Of a DNA stretch of 64,000 nt, positions 37,520 through 50,384 are shown in pieces. The notes under the pieces are model-generated. The model did not search any database and had not been told where the DNA came from. It saw only the letters and a program-made list of their open reading frames with translations. The DNA comes from Callorhinchus milii (lineage: Eukaryota): assembly GCF_018977255.1 (NCBI RefSeq), contig NW_024704753.1:3286001-3350000 (forward strand). The letters are read 5' to 3'. A program made the translations under genes and the position numbers. How positions within the stretch are numbered: position 1 is the first letter of the stretch; each line of letters begins with the position of its first letter.

Positions 37520-37900
37520 AGTCCTTTCCTGGTATTGATCGCTGCTGAGTTAGCTATTCTTAGCCAAGGTGGCAATAAGGGGGTACAGTTGGCCCCAGTC
37601 ATTTCAATTTACAGTTCATTCTATGAAGCGCTTTGAGACGTCTCGAAGACGCGATAAGGCTCTGTATCAAGTGCAAGGATTATTATTAAGAATCAGCCAG
37701 GATTCCTGCTCCTAGTCCCTCAACGGCAACCTCTGCTGGTCGTGTGCGCGCGAGGCAACCAGTTGCGGAAAGGTAATGGCTTCTTCAGACGAGAAGCCTG
37801 CCAACACTCACGCGTGGACAGTGGTTACCTCGACAGGGTATCGTAGTGTTACACGTTCCGTAGCTCAGTAGGATCAGGGAATGCTGACCCTATTTTTACC
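37520..37900 (+). mobile_element. Probable additional old interspersed repeat, with a SINE tail inserted at about 37600-37690
   Basis: gctgagttagctattcttagcc...cagccaggattcctgctcct resembles a shark repeat recalled from memory. A possible reverse copy lies near 63430-63530. Confidence 0.35.
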
Positions 37901-38158
37901 TGGACTGGGAGGGGTGGGGGAGTGGGAGTGGGGGGGGCTCATGTGGTTTTCAGTTCTGAATTCAGACCATTAGTCATATCGGTGATTACGGTGAAAGGGT
38001 CAGGATTCCTGTTCAGGCGTGAACCTGGCAGGTGGCAACAAGAGTAAAAATAGCCCCTCTTTGTGTACGAGGAACCTTCTTGTAGGTATGGGAAAATTAA
38101 TGGTGCGTAGCACACACACTCAGCGTTCAAAGAAGCCATGGCAAAATTAGCATTGGGC

Positions 38159-38195
<37 letters not shown>

Positions 38196-40433
38196 AAACA
38201 GCTGTAAGTAGAGATGCTTTCAGGAAATATGTCAGTGAGTTTACTCTTTCACATCCGTTGATCTCGAGATGCTTGTGAAGACTTCCATTAAACCCTAGTT
38301 TAATTAAGACGTCTCACTCAACAGATTTGCATATTCTACAATTAAATTGTTAATTAGACAATGAAGCCGTTTTCCTTTATATGTACCATTTTGCCGCTTG
38401 TGGAAAAAAAATCGCTTCTTTTTGTTTTTCTCTCTAAATTTTTTTCAAACTAGGGATTACGGCTAATTGTTTATGTGTTACAAAAGGCATATGGCTTTGT
38501 GAACAAGTCAGAAATCAGTGTTTAAGGGATTTGTTGTTTCAATAGCGCAGTATCTCCCAGTCGTAATTGACAGATGTTTATTATGGCCATTAATTTCAAG
38601 ATGAAAAGTAAATAAAGAATAGTAAGCCGTATGTTCTTGCTTTCCATCTGCAGACTTGTAGGACAGAATTCCCTGCATTCTAATAATTAGGGAGCATGTC
38701 GGAGGGACTCCAGGATGTATTTTCTTTATCCAGCAGCACTTTTAAAGCTCGAGTAGATAGATTATAGTTGCGTAAAGAGGTAGCTGTCTTGATGTGAATA
38801 ACACGGCACATTTCAGGCACAAGTTTAATAACAGCTTGGCAGGAGAGAGTGGGGCAAATTTAAAAAGTCGTGTTGTCAATTGCGCAGCTGGTGGGACTTG
38901 TTATGAGGCAAAGAACTCTTTGATATCTTGGAAGAAAATGCAGTTTACCGGCTAAAGAAATTGTACATTCGATTCCTTCATTCAATCAGATTCAAATGTA
39001 TGAATCTGCGAGTTGACCCATTTTATTGCATTTCACTTTCCCCCCACCCCGTGTTTGACCTGTCTTATCCTATCTATTTTATTTTTATTTTATCCGCCTT
39101 GCTTATTAAGTTAGTATTTATGATGTTTTCGTGGCCTGTTGATATGTTTCCCCATTGGCTTCTCCTTATAGAGCAATTCCTTTATGAGAACAGGCAGATC
39201 TTCAACACCATGGAGACCGAGTGTGTACGCTAAGGTTTCTATGTATATTGCATGTCAGGCAGGCGTGCTTTTTGATATCTTGGAAGAAAATGCATGTCAA
39301 GCAGAAGTATGGATGCCTATGGATGCCTTCCTATGGATAAGACTGGAAACAGTGGCCTTGTTCAGCTGAACGTTAAGATCGCACGGCACTATTCTAAGAG
39401 AGAAGGAAGTTTCTCCTGGTGTCCTGGCTGACAATCCCTTCTCCACCCCTCACCCCCACACCCCCAACACACACACACACACACACACAAATTGGACATT
39501 TCTGTGTGCAAGTTGGCTGCTGAGTTTGCCTACAAAAATACACGGTCACTGTATTTCGAGACATCTTCCCAACGTGAAAAGTGACAAGCCGTCGCTCACT
39601 AACCTGCCACAACGATCACAGCGGTGTGGAGTCCTTTCATCTGCGATCGTAGGAACTTCTCTAGGACTCTGCCTTTCAAGAGATCCTTAACCTGGTGTCA
39701 GCGGCAAAATGACTCCTAATAAACGTTTGAAGGAACCGAGTAGAAGAATCCGTCGGTGCGACGAGACGCTAAACAGCAAGTGATATGTCTATGTTCTTAT
39801 GCTCACGCTCACGCACTCATGCACGTTTATTCTGTAAGATAATAACCTGAGTCACTACTTGCCCTCATACTGCCAACCGCTTAACATGCATCAAACAATC
39901 AGCATTAGCTGTAACCGCGGCAGCTTCTTGCTTCTGATTGATTCGTCCCATTCCCCCCCCGCCCCCCCACCCCACACCCCTCTCCTCCCCCCGAGCATTC
40001 TGGATTGCGGTCTAAAACACGTGCCGGGTATGGCAAGATTGACCAGCAACAGAGCGGAACTCAGCCAGTCGCTGACGACAAGCCCTGACGGCAGATCAAG
40101 GTCAAGTGCCGGGCGTACGACGGGAAAGGCACAATTCATCACTTTAATCTTCTTCATCAAAGGGGGAACGCCACAAGCAGTCAGCCGGCTTTGCTTGTTA
40201 ATTGCACGCTGCTCCGTGACATGTAACACGAAACAAAGGCTGAGAGGCCACTTGCTAAAGACGCAGGTTCACCTTCCACTGTTTGACCGCTCCATTCGGA
40301 AGGTTGGACGCCTGGAACAACGGAAAGAACTACCCCACCCGCCGGACAAAGTTGTTTGAAGATGCGATCAGCCCCGGCGTTGTTCAGTCGCCGGCTGTTT
40401 TGGAGGGGAATATGTGACATATTCCTGTAGCTC

Positions 40434-40614
40434 TGGAGTCCTGTAGCTCAGTGGTTAGAGCACTCGCCTCGCAAGCGAGAGACCTGGGTTCGATTCCCAG
40501 GCAGGGCGAGACCTTGGGCAAGTTTCCTTACTCCACACGCCTCTGTTTACCTGGCAGTGAGTAGGAACCCGGTTGTTAGTCGATTGGCGGATCGCTTTTC
40601 TGGGGGATAATAAT
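40434..40614 (+). mobile_element. Type II SINE 5' half, well preserved
   Basis: A and B boxes, CGC anticodon, and gaccttgggcaagtttccttactccacacgcctctgtttacctggcagtgagtaggaacccgg. Confidence 0.9.
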
Positions 40615-41179
40615 GGCTTGGATACTCTTAAGCAGCCCACAGCACTGAGTTTCCTCATGTGTCGAGAAGTCCAGCTGGTGGATGGGAAGCAACGAGCAGT
40701 GAATGGGACCATTAGGTCACCACATGACAAGTTTTTTGAGTGGGAACCGGATGATGGTAATAATAATAATCTTTGGGTCGCATGTGCAGTGAAAATGGTT
40801 ACCGTGCCTTGCTATCAACACATGTTGAGAGTTTTATAGAACCTCCTCCGTATAACAAGAGAAGAGACATTTGTTCTCAGCCGCAACCAAAGAGATTCGG
40901 TCATTATTGCCATCGTTTCATTTATTCGAATTATAAATTTTACAAAGGTCACAGTGTGACATTAACGTTTGTGTTGTTTGTGCAAGTAAAGAGATTAATG
41001 CAGCAGGTTAATGAATTTGCACTGATGGCAGTGTTAATCCGCATGTAAATGTTTGCTGACTGATTTGCAATGAACGCGTACAAATTTTCTCCCTTCGATG
41101 GGCACATTTCCCGATTAATTTTCACGGCCGATCATTCGAAACCCGTGCACATTTAATCAAAATCTTGTGGCTGCTCGAT

Positions 41180-41365
41180 TATAATAATAATAATATTGCA
41201 TTTGATACAGCGCCTTATCACGTCTTCGAGACGTCTCAAAGCACTTCACAGAATATACTGAATATAAGTGAATTGACTGTATGTTTTGTGGGCGAAATGC
41301 GGCAGCCAATTGCGCACAGCGGTGACCCCACAAACAGCCGTGGTTTAAGTGACCAATTTTTTTTC
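41180..41365 (-). mobile_element. SINE 3' half
   Basis: Family tail and body. Confidence 0.88.
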
Positions 41366-41844
41366 AGGAATTATTACCTCCGGAAATGTTTCCCGTGTGC
41401 TTTTCTACAAATAAAGTGCTTCTGGAATGCAAAAGTTGTCCATTTGAAATCTGTTTTCCTTCGTCATAATTTTAATATCCTCCAAATCAGACGTTAAACA
41501 TCCCGTTAAAATGTAATGTTTAGCGAGATGTTTAACATCCATTCAGATGGACGTTAAGCATCCCGAGGCACTGTTCGAAAAAATATACACATATACACAC
41601 ACTTTAATATAAATACTTTTAATATAAATACCTACGTGCTATTTTTTCTGGTACATCTGTCGCTATCATTTTCCTTATCCCTGCTTCAAATTTAAATCCT
41701 TTCAGCGGCATGCAAAAGTTTGTCCTGTTCCCACTCACTCACACTCTCTCTCTCTCTTTCTCTGTGGAGATGCCATTTTATTAAATGGTTCCATTTTGTT
41801 TACTGCCCACATTATCTTGTTTCTTTGTGCAAGATGCCTCATAT

Positions 41845-42010
41845 TTGTCACTCAGTCCCCGACTGTTTGTGGGACACTGCCGTGTGCAATTGGCTGCCGA
41901 GTTTCGCCCACAGAATATAGTCAATTTACTTTACAGTATATTCTGTGAAGCGTTTTGAGACGTCTCAAAGACGTGATAAGGCGCCGTACCAAAGGCAAGG
42001 ATTATTATTT
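41845..42010 (+). mobile_element. SINE 3' half
   Basis: Family body and tail. Confidence 0.88.
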
Positions 42011-44088
42011 TTATGAAGCAGTTTTACTCGAAAATGTCTTGCCCTTCTCTCATGCTCTCCTCCCCCTCACTCCATCTCTCCCTCTCCTTTTCTCTCTCCC
42101 CTTAGTCCCTCTCTCCCACCTCTCCCTTTCTCTCTCCCCTCTCTCTCGCTCTCTCTCTCTCTCTCTTGCACATCTCACTTTCTCCTCTCCTGGACCTCAA
42201 ACAAGTAATGTTTGTGAGGCCAAATGGAAGGAACCCTGAGCTGTCTCTGCTGCTCCTGAACCGGATGCTCAGAGATTTTCAGAGCAGATAAGTGATTATG
42301 CTCCCACTAATGTGCCTTCCTCTGTGAACGCAAACACAGTCATTGACCTTTTGATTGATATCTTCCCACCTCTTGGCTGAGATTGCGATTGAACCCAGAG
42401 AGCTAATGCGTATGGCTCTCCACGGGGGCGATGGGGTAATAAGGAAGCCGATTTTTTTTACCTTTGCAAATGCGATTACAATTAATTAACAGAGTAATAA
42501 CTGATGATCTGAACATAATATTACAATCTTGTGCCTCAAAAGATGATTTTGTTGTTTATCATTTAATATTTCTTCCACACTGTGCGTCTATTTCTCTTGC
42601 GTATTTTGCTAGTTTTGATATATATATAAAAAAATTCAATTATTAAAATATCTGATTTAATATGGACATGTTCAACCACTTGCTGACAAACTCATACATT
42701 TTTCATTGCTTTGGATTAGACATGTAGCTGTTCTTCATTTTCCACAAATAGACTGAGAAACACTGTATAGATTTACCACTAAGTAAATAATTTAAGCCCA
42801 CATTTTATCTGACACTGGCGTTGGGGGGGGGGGAAGAACAAGTTTTTAGTTAAGTTAAAGTAGATCCTGGGTTTCTGGAGCAATTATTTTTCCTAGACTT
42901 TGTTGTTTCAAAATAAAATGATGATCCTTGAATTTGATTGCACATCGGGAGGACGTCTCAAAGCAAAACGGTGTATTTTTGTCGGCGAATGCGGCAGCCA
43001 ACTTTGCAAAGGAACGGCAACTGTCCCACAAACAGCCACATAGTAAGTGGCCGTTTTCAATCGGGGTCATTGTCAGCCAAGACGCCCGGAGGAATTCCCT
43101 TCAGTGAAGAGATCCTTCAAGTCTCGATACCTCGGCAAGCTTTGGTACATTGCGCGTTCAGTCAGGGTAACCAAAGATGAGGTGCAGAGGAGGGAAGGGG
43201 ACATAGTTTGAAACAGTTCCAAGGCTGTTTTTTTCTCTAAAGCCGATAAGGGTCATTTGAGGAGCCAAGAGTTGCTCGATCACATGTTTTTTTTTTAGCA
43301 TATCGAGTAGACAAGATTAATTTGAGCCAAGGCATTTCGTGATCTGTTGCTATTTGCATGAATAGTATCACTTGCCAACAAACATGACAGAAGCAAAAAA
43401 ATATTGACTGCCCCACCGTCAGAAGGAAACGCGAGACACAAGGATATTTTGCGCAGTTCAATATTCCAGAGAAGGCATCTGAAAGGATACAGATAAGAGA
43501 GTGAATAGGTCTATGAGGGTCTTATAATAGGGCACGGTTGCTTGACAGCATTTCTGCATCATCAAAGAGATGCACACTGAGATTTTGCAGTAAAAAAAAA
43601 CGGCCATTTTTCAAGTGATCTGTTTGCCTCTGAAGCGTTCGGTGACCTGATCAGGTCAGTCCGCTTTCGAGTTAGACAGCGGACTGACTTTTCTTGACGC
43701 TGCTAATTTCCTTACCCCCGAAGAATTAATGCACCAATTCCAAGCCCTTAAGCCCTGCTCCATTAATCAGTCATAAAGAACTCGTTGATAATGTGTACAA
43801 TATTAATGAGAGGTACAAACGTTGACATGTCAAAACTAGCTGTCACTTGTCAACGGAACAAATCTGCCTTAATTTGAAAGGTTGCTCTTCGAAGTTGTGC
43901 ACGATCTTAAATTTGAAGGCAAAATAGTCTCCAGGCGAAGACTAGGTGGAATTTAGAGGGGCAGCCATGTGTTTGAAAGAGGGAGGGGGTGCGGATTGGG
44001 GTGAGAGGTTTTGAGACGGCTTCTGATAGTTTGATTATTGTTAACGTTCAGCTCGAGCTTTGGCACCTTGTATCTCTTTAGTAGTCCT

Positions 44089-44417
44089 GTGGAGTCCTGT
44101 AGCTCAGTGGTTAGAGCACTCGCTTTGCAAGCGAGAGACCCGAGTTCAATTCCAGGCAGAAGGCGAAACCTTGGGCAAGTTTCCTTACTCCACACAGAGC
44201 CTAATAATAATCCCTCCAAAACCCCAAATAATAATAAAATTGGTCATTTTCAATCTACGACTGTTTGTGGGACATTGCTGTGTGCAATTGGCTGCCGCGT
44301 TCGCCCACAAATATACAGTCAATTCACTTTACAGTGTGTTCTGTGAAGCGCTTTGGGACGTCCTCCCGACGTGAAAAGCGCTATATCAAATGGAAGCATT
44401 ATTATTATTATTATTAT
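44089..44417 (+). mobile_element. Type I SINE, full length
   Basis: Complete head-to-tail copy. Confidence 0.95.
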
Positions 44418-45934
44418 AGTCTGTGCTCAGGGAGTCATTTGCCAAGCTTATTAAGATGTCGAAATGGCACTGTGCAATCAAACTGTACCTGATCACATTC
44501 CCTCAAGGGGCACAGTCGGGAGAACTCGATGACATTAACACAGAAGGAATCAGAGCTGTTTATCCATCAGCATTTTGAGGAATGCCAAACTATTTTGCAC
44601 GACTTTACTTTGAATGAATTTGAGGAGAGACCATGGCTGGTTTGCTCATCCACTGAGAGGCTAGAGAAAGCTCCTTGTCTGTTCCTCTTGAAACCGCAGT
44701 TTACAAGCTACTTACTGAATACACACTTTTTGGGGGGAAATATGATTGCAACACAATTTTCTTCAGTAATCCGATTAGAGCAATGGTTTTGGCAAATGCT
44801 CGTCATTACATCTGTGAGCTTTGATCCTTGAAACCGTGCTAACCATCAGAAGCTTGCTTTTATATTATTATACTAATAATAATAATAATTCTTGCATTTG
44901 ATATACCGCCTTATATCTTCGAAACCCCTCAAAGCGCTTCACAGAATATGCTGTCATGTGAATTGCCTGTATATTTTGTGCGCGAAACGAGTTAGAACCT
45001 TGAAAGCCATCCAGATTATCGTGAGTTTTCTCTTAAAATGTACTTTTTGGGGGATTTGTTGATTTTTATTCCGACTTTGGGCATAGCGCTTGGCATTTTT
45101 GCTTTGAAATTCCTCACAGTTGCACCAATTATAGTATAAATGTTTTCATTTCTTCTCTGCAAGATGAAGCTAGAGAAGGGAGTTCCTCCTGGTGTTATGG
45201 CCAACGATTCCCCCGCTCCCCACGATAAAAAATGCTCATTTACTTTACCCCTGTGTGTGAGACGTTGCTATCTGCTGCAAAATACGGTCATTAACACATT
45301 ATAACATATCCTGCAAAGTGCTTTGAAATGTCTTCTTGATGTGAAAGGTGCTGTATCAAATGTAAGGATTATTATTAAACTGTTGGAGCACAGTCAAACA
45401 AATGTGATGATCATGTCTAATAAATGGCATTTTAAAAAAATATCCCTCTTTCCATCCCCCTGCGCCCCCCAAAAACATGTCTTCCTTATCTTAATGACCT
45501 TGAGTTCAGAACTAGTCATGGAAAATGATTGTAATCAGAGCTCTGTATTTTTTTCGCTGAGTGTCGTGAAGTGTTGCTGACGTGGGTAATGAGAAGGAAA
45601 GACTGTTGAAGGCTGGAACTCTCGAATTCTCAATCGCCAAGTAAAACAAGTTGATTGGGTAATTTAATGGTTTCTTCGTCGTTAGTGGTCCCTTTGCAGC
45701 TTATGCACATATGAATGATCATTTAGCATCTTAAGTGTTGGTGACATTATTCAAACGGTTTGACGGCAGGATCAAAACAGATTCCGTCAGTGTTTGAGCT
45801 TTATACAAGGAGATAACTGGGCAGAGTGCCTTGAGTTGGCATTGCAAAGATCTTCATATTTTCAGCGTTAATAAAAACGCTTTTATCCTGTCTTTGTTTG
45901 GTAAACGAGCACAATAAAAATACGTTTGTCTTTC

Positions 45935-46345
45935 AATGGAGCACTGTCATCTGACAAGAGGTAACAGGTTGAATTTTAGGACAAACACCAGGAAGTATAG
46001 CCTGTCACAAGATCATAGGATTGGCATGGATGAAGAAGGCTGTTGGGCCCAATTGATCTCACCCCTCCAGAATACCCACCCTTCTGTCATCCCATCGCAG
46101 GATCAAGCTGCTTTTTAAACAGGTCTCAGTGTCCTGGCCTCAACCACCTTTCCTGGCAACCCGGTTCCAGTCATTAATTGCTCTCTGAATAAAGATTAGC
46201 AGGAAGAGGTGGTTGAGTTCATGAGTCACTGAAGACACAACTTGATGCTGCAATGTGAAGGGTAGGCACTCTGGAAGGAGGAGCTCATGAGGTCAACTTG
46301 GCCGAGGAACATTCTTTGCCCGAACCTCTCCTGTGATCTTCTGAT
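45935..46345. mobile_element. Old CR1 fragments in both orientations
   Basis: acaagaggtaacagg..aaacaccaggaagta (+); tail and ccaccttt..ggcaacccggttcca (-); gaggtggttgag..cttgatgctg (+). Confidence 0.55.
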
Positions 46346-47009
46346 CTCATTGAAGTGTTTCAGGTTCAGTCCTTAAACTGCTGTAGATTGTACATTTACA
46401 ATGAAAGAAACGAGAGAGAGGGCAGAGAGGGGCAGGAGGAAAAAAAAATATTACAGTATTTACACCACAGGTAAGACAAAGGAAGTACAAGAATTCATTA
46501 AACCTCCAGAATAAAATTAACTTGTATTTAACTGTTTTGGGGACAGGTGGCAGGTACGTATGTCCTCTACCAGTCCTCGCACACTATCTTAAAAAAGTTA
46601 ACTTGCAATTTTAGCTTTAAATAAACTGAAAGTAAATCAGGAACAGATGCGGGTGATGGTACAGTGACTTCACTTTATCGCTGATCTCATTGTCACGTCT
46701 GCTTTGGTTTATAAATAAAGAGAGGTGGCTGGCAAAGTTTGTTACTTTTAAATGTCAGCCGAGACTGTGAACTCAAAAGACCCAACCTGGCGCTTGTGAC
46801 TGTGAGGCTCGCAAACACTACAGAGATTAATTATTCTTTCCAGCGACACATTACGTCATTACATCGATTGTTTTCTTTTCATTCAATTTATTAAGGCAGT
46901 GTTGTGATATTCTTTCCCCCACCCCATGCTTGGTGCTTACCCTGCACGTTAATCCGAGCTTCTATTACTCGGTTAAAACTGCAGCCTCCAAAATGGGTAA
47001 CCTGGGGCT

Positions 47010-47210
47010 AAGAATCCCTTCAAAATAAATAATAATAATTTGGTCACTCAATCCACGGCTGTTTGTGGGGACGTTGCTGTGCGCAATTGGCTGCCGTGTT
47101 TCGCCCACAAAATATACAGTCAATTCACTTTACATTATATGCTGTGAAGCGCTTTGAGACGTCTCGAAGACGTGATAAGGCGCTGTATCACATGCAAGGA
47201 TAAATATTAT
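47010..47210 (+). mobile_element. SINE 3' half
   Basis: Family body and tail. Confidence 0.88.
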
Positions 47211-47630
47211 TTTTATGAGTCTGTTTCCCAACCGTGTGACCCTGCGCAGACCTCACTCCCAATAAACGGTCCATCCTTCACTGAGCCCAAGTTATTTTCT
47301 CCAGACAGAGTTTGAAGTCAGACAGCCGCTTACTGACATGAAAACTGACCTCAGCCGTGAAGCAGGAGATTTGTATCAGCCAGGTGTAAACGCTTGATAT
47401 TTTCTGCGAGGAGCGAGAGAGCGAGTGCTTTTGCCGGGGCTGGTAATTTGATACCAGAGGACCAACCGAACCTGGCTATCTGCGGTGAGCCCTTGGGAGA
47501 TTGAGTTCGACTGAGAACATTGTGTTCAAACCAAATCTGATCCTTACAAAGATGAAGTGTAAAAATAACCTTTGACTGCTTCGTATTGAATTCGCGGGCG
47601 ACTTCCTTCAACTTCACACGAGGAAAGCGC

Positions 47631-47887
47631 AGGGCGAAACCTCGGGCAAGTTTCCTTACTCCACACGCCTAATAATAATCCCTCCAAGAAAAACAAAAAC
47701 AATAATAAATGGGTCATTTTCAATCCACGACTGATTGCGGGTCGCTGCTGTGCGCAATTGGCTGCCGCGTTTCGTCCACAAATATACGGTCAATTCACTT
47801 TACAGTCTATTCTGTGAAGCGCTTTAGGACGTCCTCCCGACGTGAAAAGCGCTATATCAAATGCAAGGATTATTATTATTATTATTA
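47631..47887 (+). mobile_element. Type I SINE, 5'-truncated
   Basis: Runs from agggcgaaacctcgggcaag to the (TTA)n tail. Confidence 0.92.
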
Positions 47888-48579
47888 ACTCCAACGCGGA
47901 TTTTTGTTTTTGCTTTTCGATGAAACGAAAAGCTTACTCTGGATTCCCGAGCCCTCTCCCCATACGCCCGCACAATTGACTCGAGCTTTGAGGAGCTTTC
48001 TCCCCTCCTGCAGGGAAGGAGCCAGAATCCTGCCAATTTCCTGCAAGGCTCGCACCGCAACCTTGGTATGATAATTGCATGTCGGCCAGTATTGTCAGTA
48101 GAACCATAACCGTGGAATTGCACAAGGGATTTCTGGCTGATTGCCTGTCTCCTGCTGGATTTGCGCGTGAGCCTGTTTGTTGACTTGTCTCTGGTTCCCC
48201 TCGGCCTCTAATGGTCTGAACCTGTACCTATCCTGCTGGCTCCTACTCCCAGAACAGCAACTGGGGATCTGACTCCCTCAAGACAAGGTCAACTCTCATT
48301 TCGATAGATGGCAATTTCACTTCAAGCTCTGACTGGAGCAAATAACTCTGTTCCCTCGCTTAGTACTTGATCGTTCTCTGTAAGTGAGCGAAGGATTCGG
48401 AACTGTATGGCGGCTTTTTGCGACAAAGGTAACGTGGGAGAGACTGTGAGGGTTTCTCCTGCCTCTTTGGAGCTCCTCAGATCCCTGTCGGTGACGGTAA
48501 TGATGGTTGTATCACTTACTGCGTCCACAACGTCAATTTCACCCAGCGCTATGCAGGTAATTGCTGTCAGGTGTAGCGA

Positions 48580-48880
48580 TAACAATTTACACTCATACAG
48601 TGCCTTACATTTCGAGATGACATCTCAAAGGGCTTTGCAGCGCTGACTGGGAGCCAGAGCTGGGGACGTGGAGCTGAGGAAGATGGGCGAGGGGGGAAGA
48701 GGCGGGGAGGGTGAAAGTAACCAAAAGATTTATTTAAAATCAAGGATTTAAGATGGGGAGGGAGGGGCGAGGCAGAGGGACTCTGGGATGGAGTTCCAGA
48801 GAGCGGGGGGAGAGAGGCTGAAAGCTCGCCCCTGATGGTGGGGGGAGGGAGGACATGAAGCAGTTTGGTGCTCGCTGCAA
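48580..48880 (-). mobile_element. L2 LINE 3' fragment
   Basis: QGRAFSLSPPALWNSIPESLCLA motif plus tail. Confidence 0.8.
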
Positions 48881-50384
48881 CTGAGTTCCCACAAACAGCC
48901 ATGAGGTGAACGACCGAGTATTTTTATGGGAGACACCACCCTTCTAGTGTCACGCGATTTTATTCACAGTGAGAGAAGCTTAAGGGCAATATCCTTGCGT
49001 TGCCTCCACAAGCCCCAAGAGAGTCAGCAGAAAAGAAACAGTTAGCGATATTACTGAAGATATCTCGGGCTCTTCCCATTTCAGCGTGAAAACCGGTCAC
49101 TAAAATAAAAAATAACTGGCTCCTTATATCTCTCCAGTGTTGATAGCGCTTGTCCCATCGTTCCAACCATCTGTCCCAAAAAACAGTCAGTGGGGCTATA
49201 AATATTTAGTTACACTTTACTTGACACTTTATTGCCCACATTGATCATTCCTCCTCTGCTGGTGGCAGCTGGTGGCTACATTGAGAGTGATTTCCGTGGG
49301 GATTTGGAGGATTGAAGTAGGGTTGGTACTGACAATGAGGGGGTGAGTGTGGGGAGGAGTGGGGTGAGAGGCAGAACAAAATCAGACTGGATTGAAATTG
49401 CCTGTCAGCCTTCGATTTGCGGCAGGAGGTATTTTCTGCACGCCAGAGTCTCCTCAACAAGAGAGAGAAACAGTGCGAGGTAATAATAATCCTTCCGTTG
49501 GATACTGCGCCTTGCACGTCGGGAAGACGTCTCAAAGCGCCGCACGGGAACTTTACTGTCAGACGCAGCGACTGTGTATTTCGCAGGCGGCATTGGGACG
49601 TCCTCCCGACGTGAAAGGCGCTACATAAAGGTAATTTGTTGTTGTCACATCGAAGAGAGTTTTGACAGATCATCAACTGTATCTGTCAGATTCCACCCTG
49701 CGAGGAGAGCGCCCTACAAGTACAAGTCGTCGTCGTCGTCGTCGTCGTCGTTGTTGTTGTTGACCTCCCACCAAAAAAGAATCGCGCGGAAACCATTCTG
49801 AAACGTAACAGCCGTCACTCCAGGATTTATTTCGCCCGCCGATCCGCTCACGCAGCAAAAAAAAAAAGAGTATGAGAATTAAGTCAGACGCTATTTCCTT
49901 TTTCACGAGCCCAATAAACGGCTCATATTTTTATTATCCACAGTCTCACCGCAGAGCCTCAATCCCTCCTTGATAATGGATTTGAGGATCTCGTCCTTCA
50001 TCAATTCCAAATTAATGGGCTTCCTTTTCTCTCCCCCAAGCCTTTAAGCCCTCAGCCCTTGAACACAGGTGTCACATTAGCCACTATCGTGTCGCTTGGT
50101 GTTATCCTTGATTTTCACGTACAATAGAGTACGGTTTTATTAGTATTCTCCGACGGGTTCCCATCCAAGCGCGTCGCCTTGTACAGCTTCAGGCCCAGGT
50201 TTTACTGCAAAGCAACATCGCTTCTGGCAGTGAAGCGAACAAGAGCAGGAAGGGTGATTTATAACTTCTGGGCCTGGCTTGTTCAGCCCAGGTGACTTGA
50301 GAAGATCCCTGGGTTTGTCTGTGCTCAACTCCAATGTCGGCTTCGGGTTTTTATTTTCCGTTGTTTTTTTTTTTGGAGCGTTTT

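Noticed and set aside
44091-44160. tRNA-Ala(TGC)-like sequences at SINE heads
   Set aside because: They have A and B boxes and an anticodon arm but run directly into the SINE body with no proper acceptor stem or terminator, so they are not tRNA genes.
106-44492. Recurring ORFs such as MGKFPYSTQSLIIIPPKPK...KDYYYY and MESCSSVVRALALQARD
   Set aside because: These are translations of SINE copies, not a gene family. The poly-Y/I/L/N runs come from the (TTA)n tail.
48322-48585. Protein-like minus-strand ORF (LGEIDVVDAVSDTTIITVTDRD...)
   Set aside because: It has no ATG start, begins in an L2 tail, and I recognise no homology. It is kept only as part of the antisense-transcript hypothesis.
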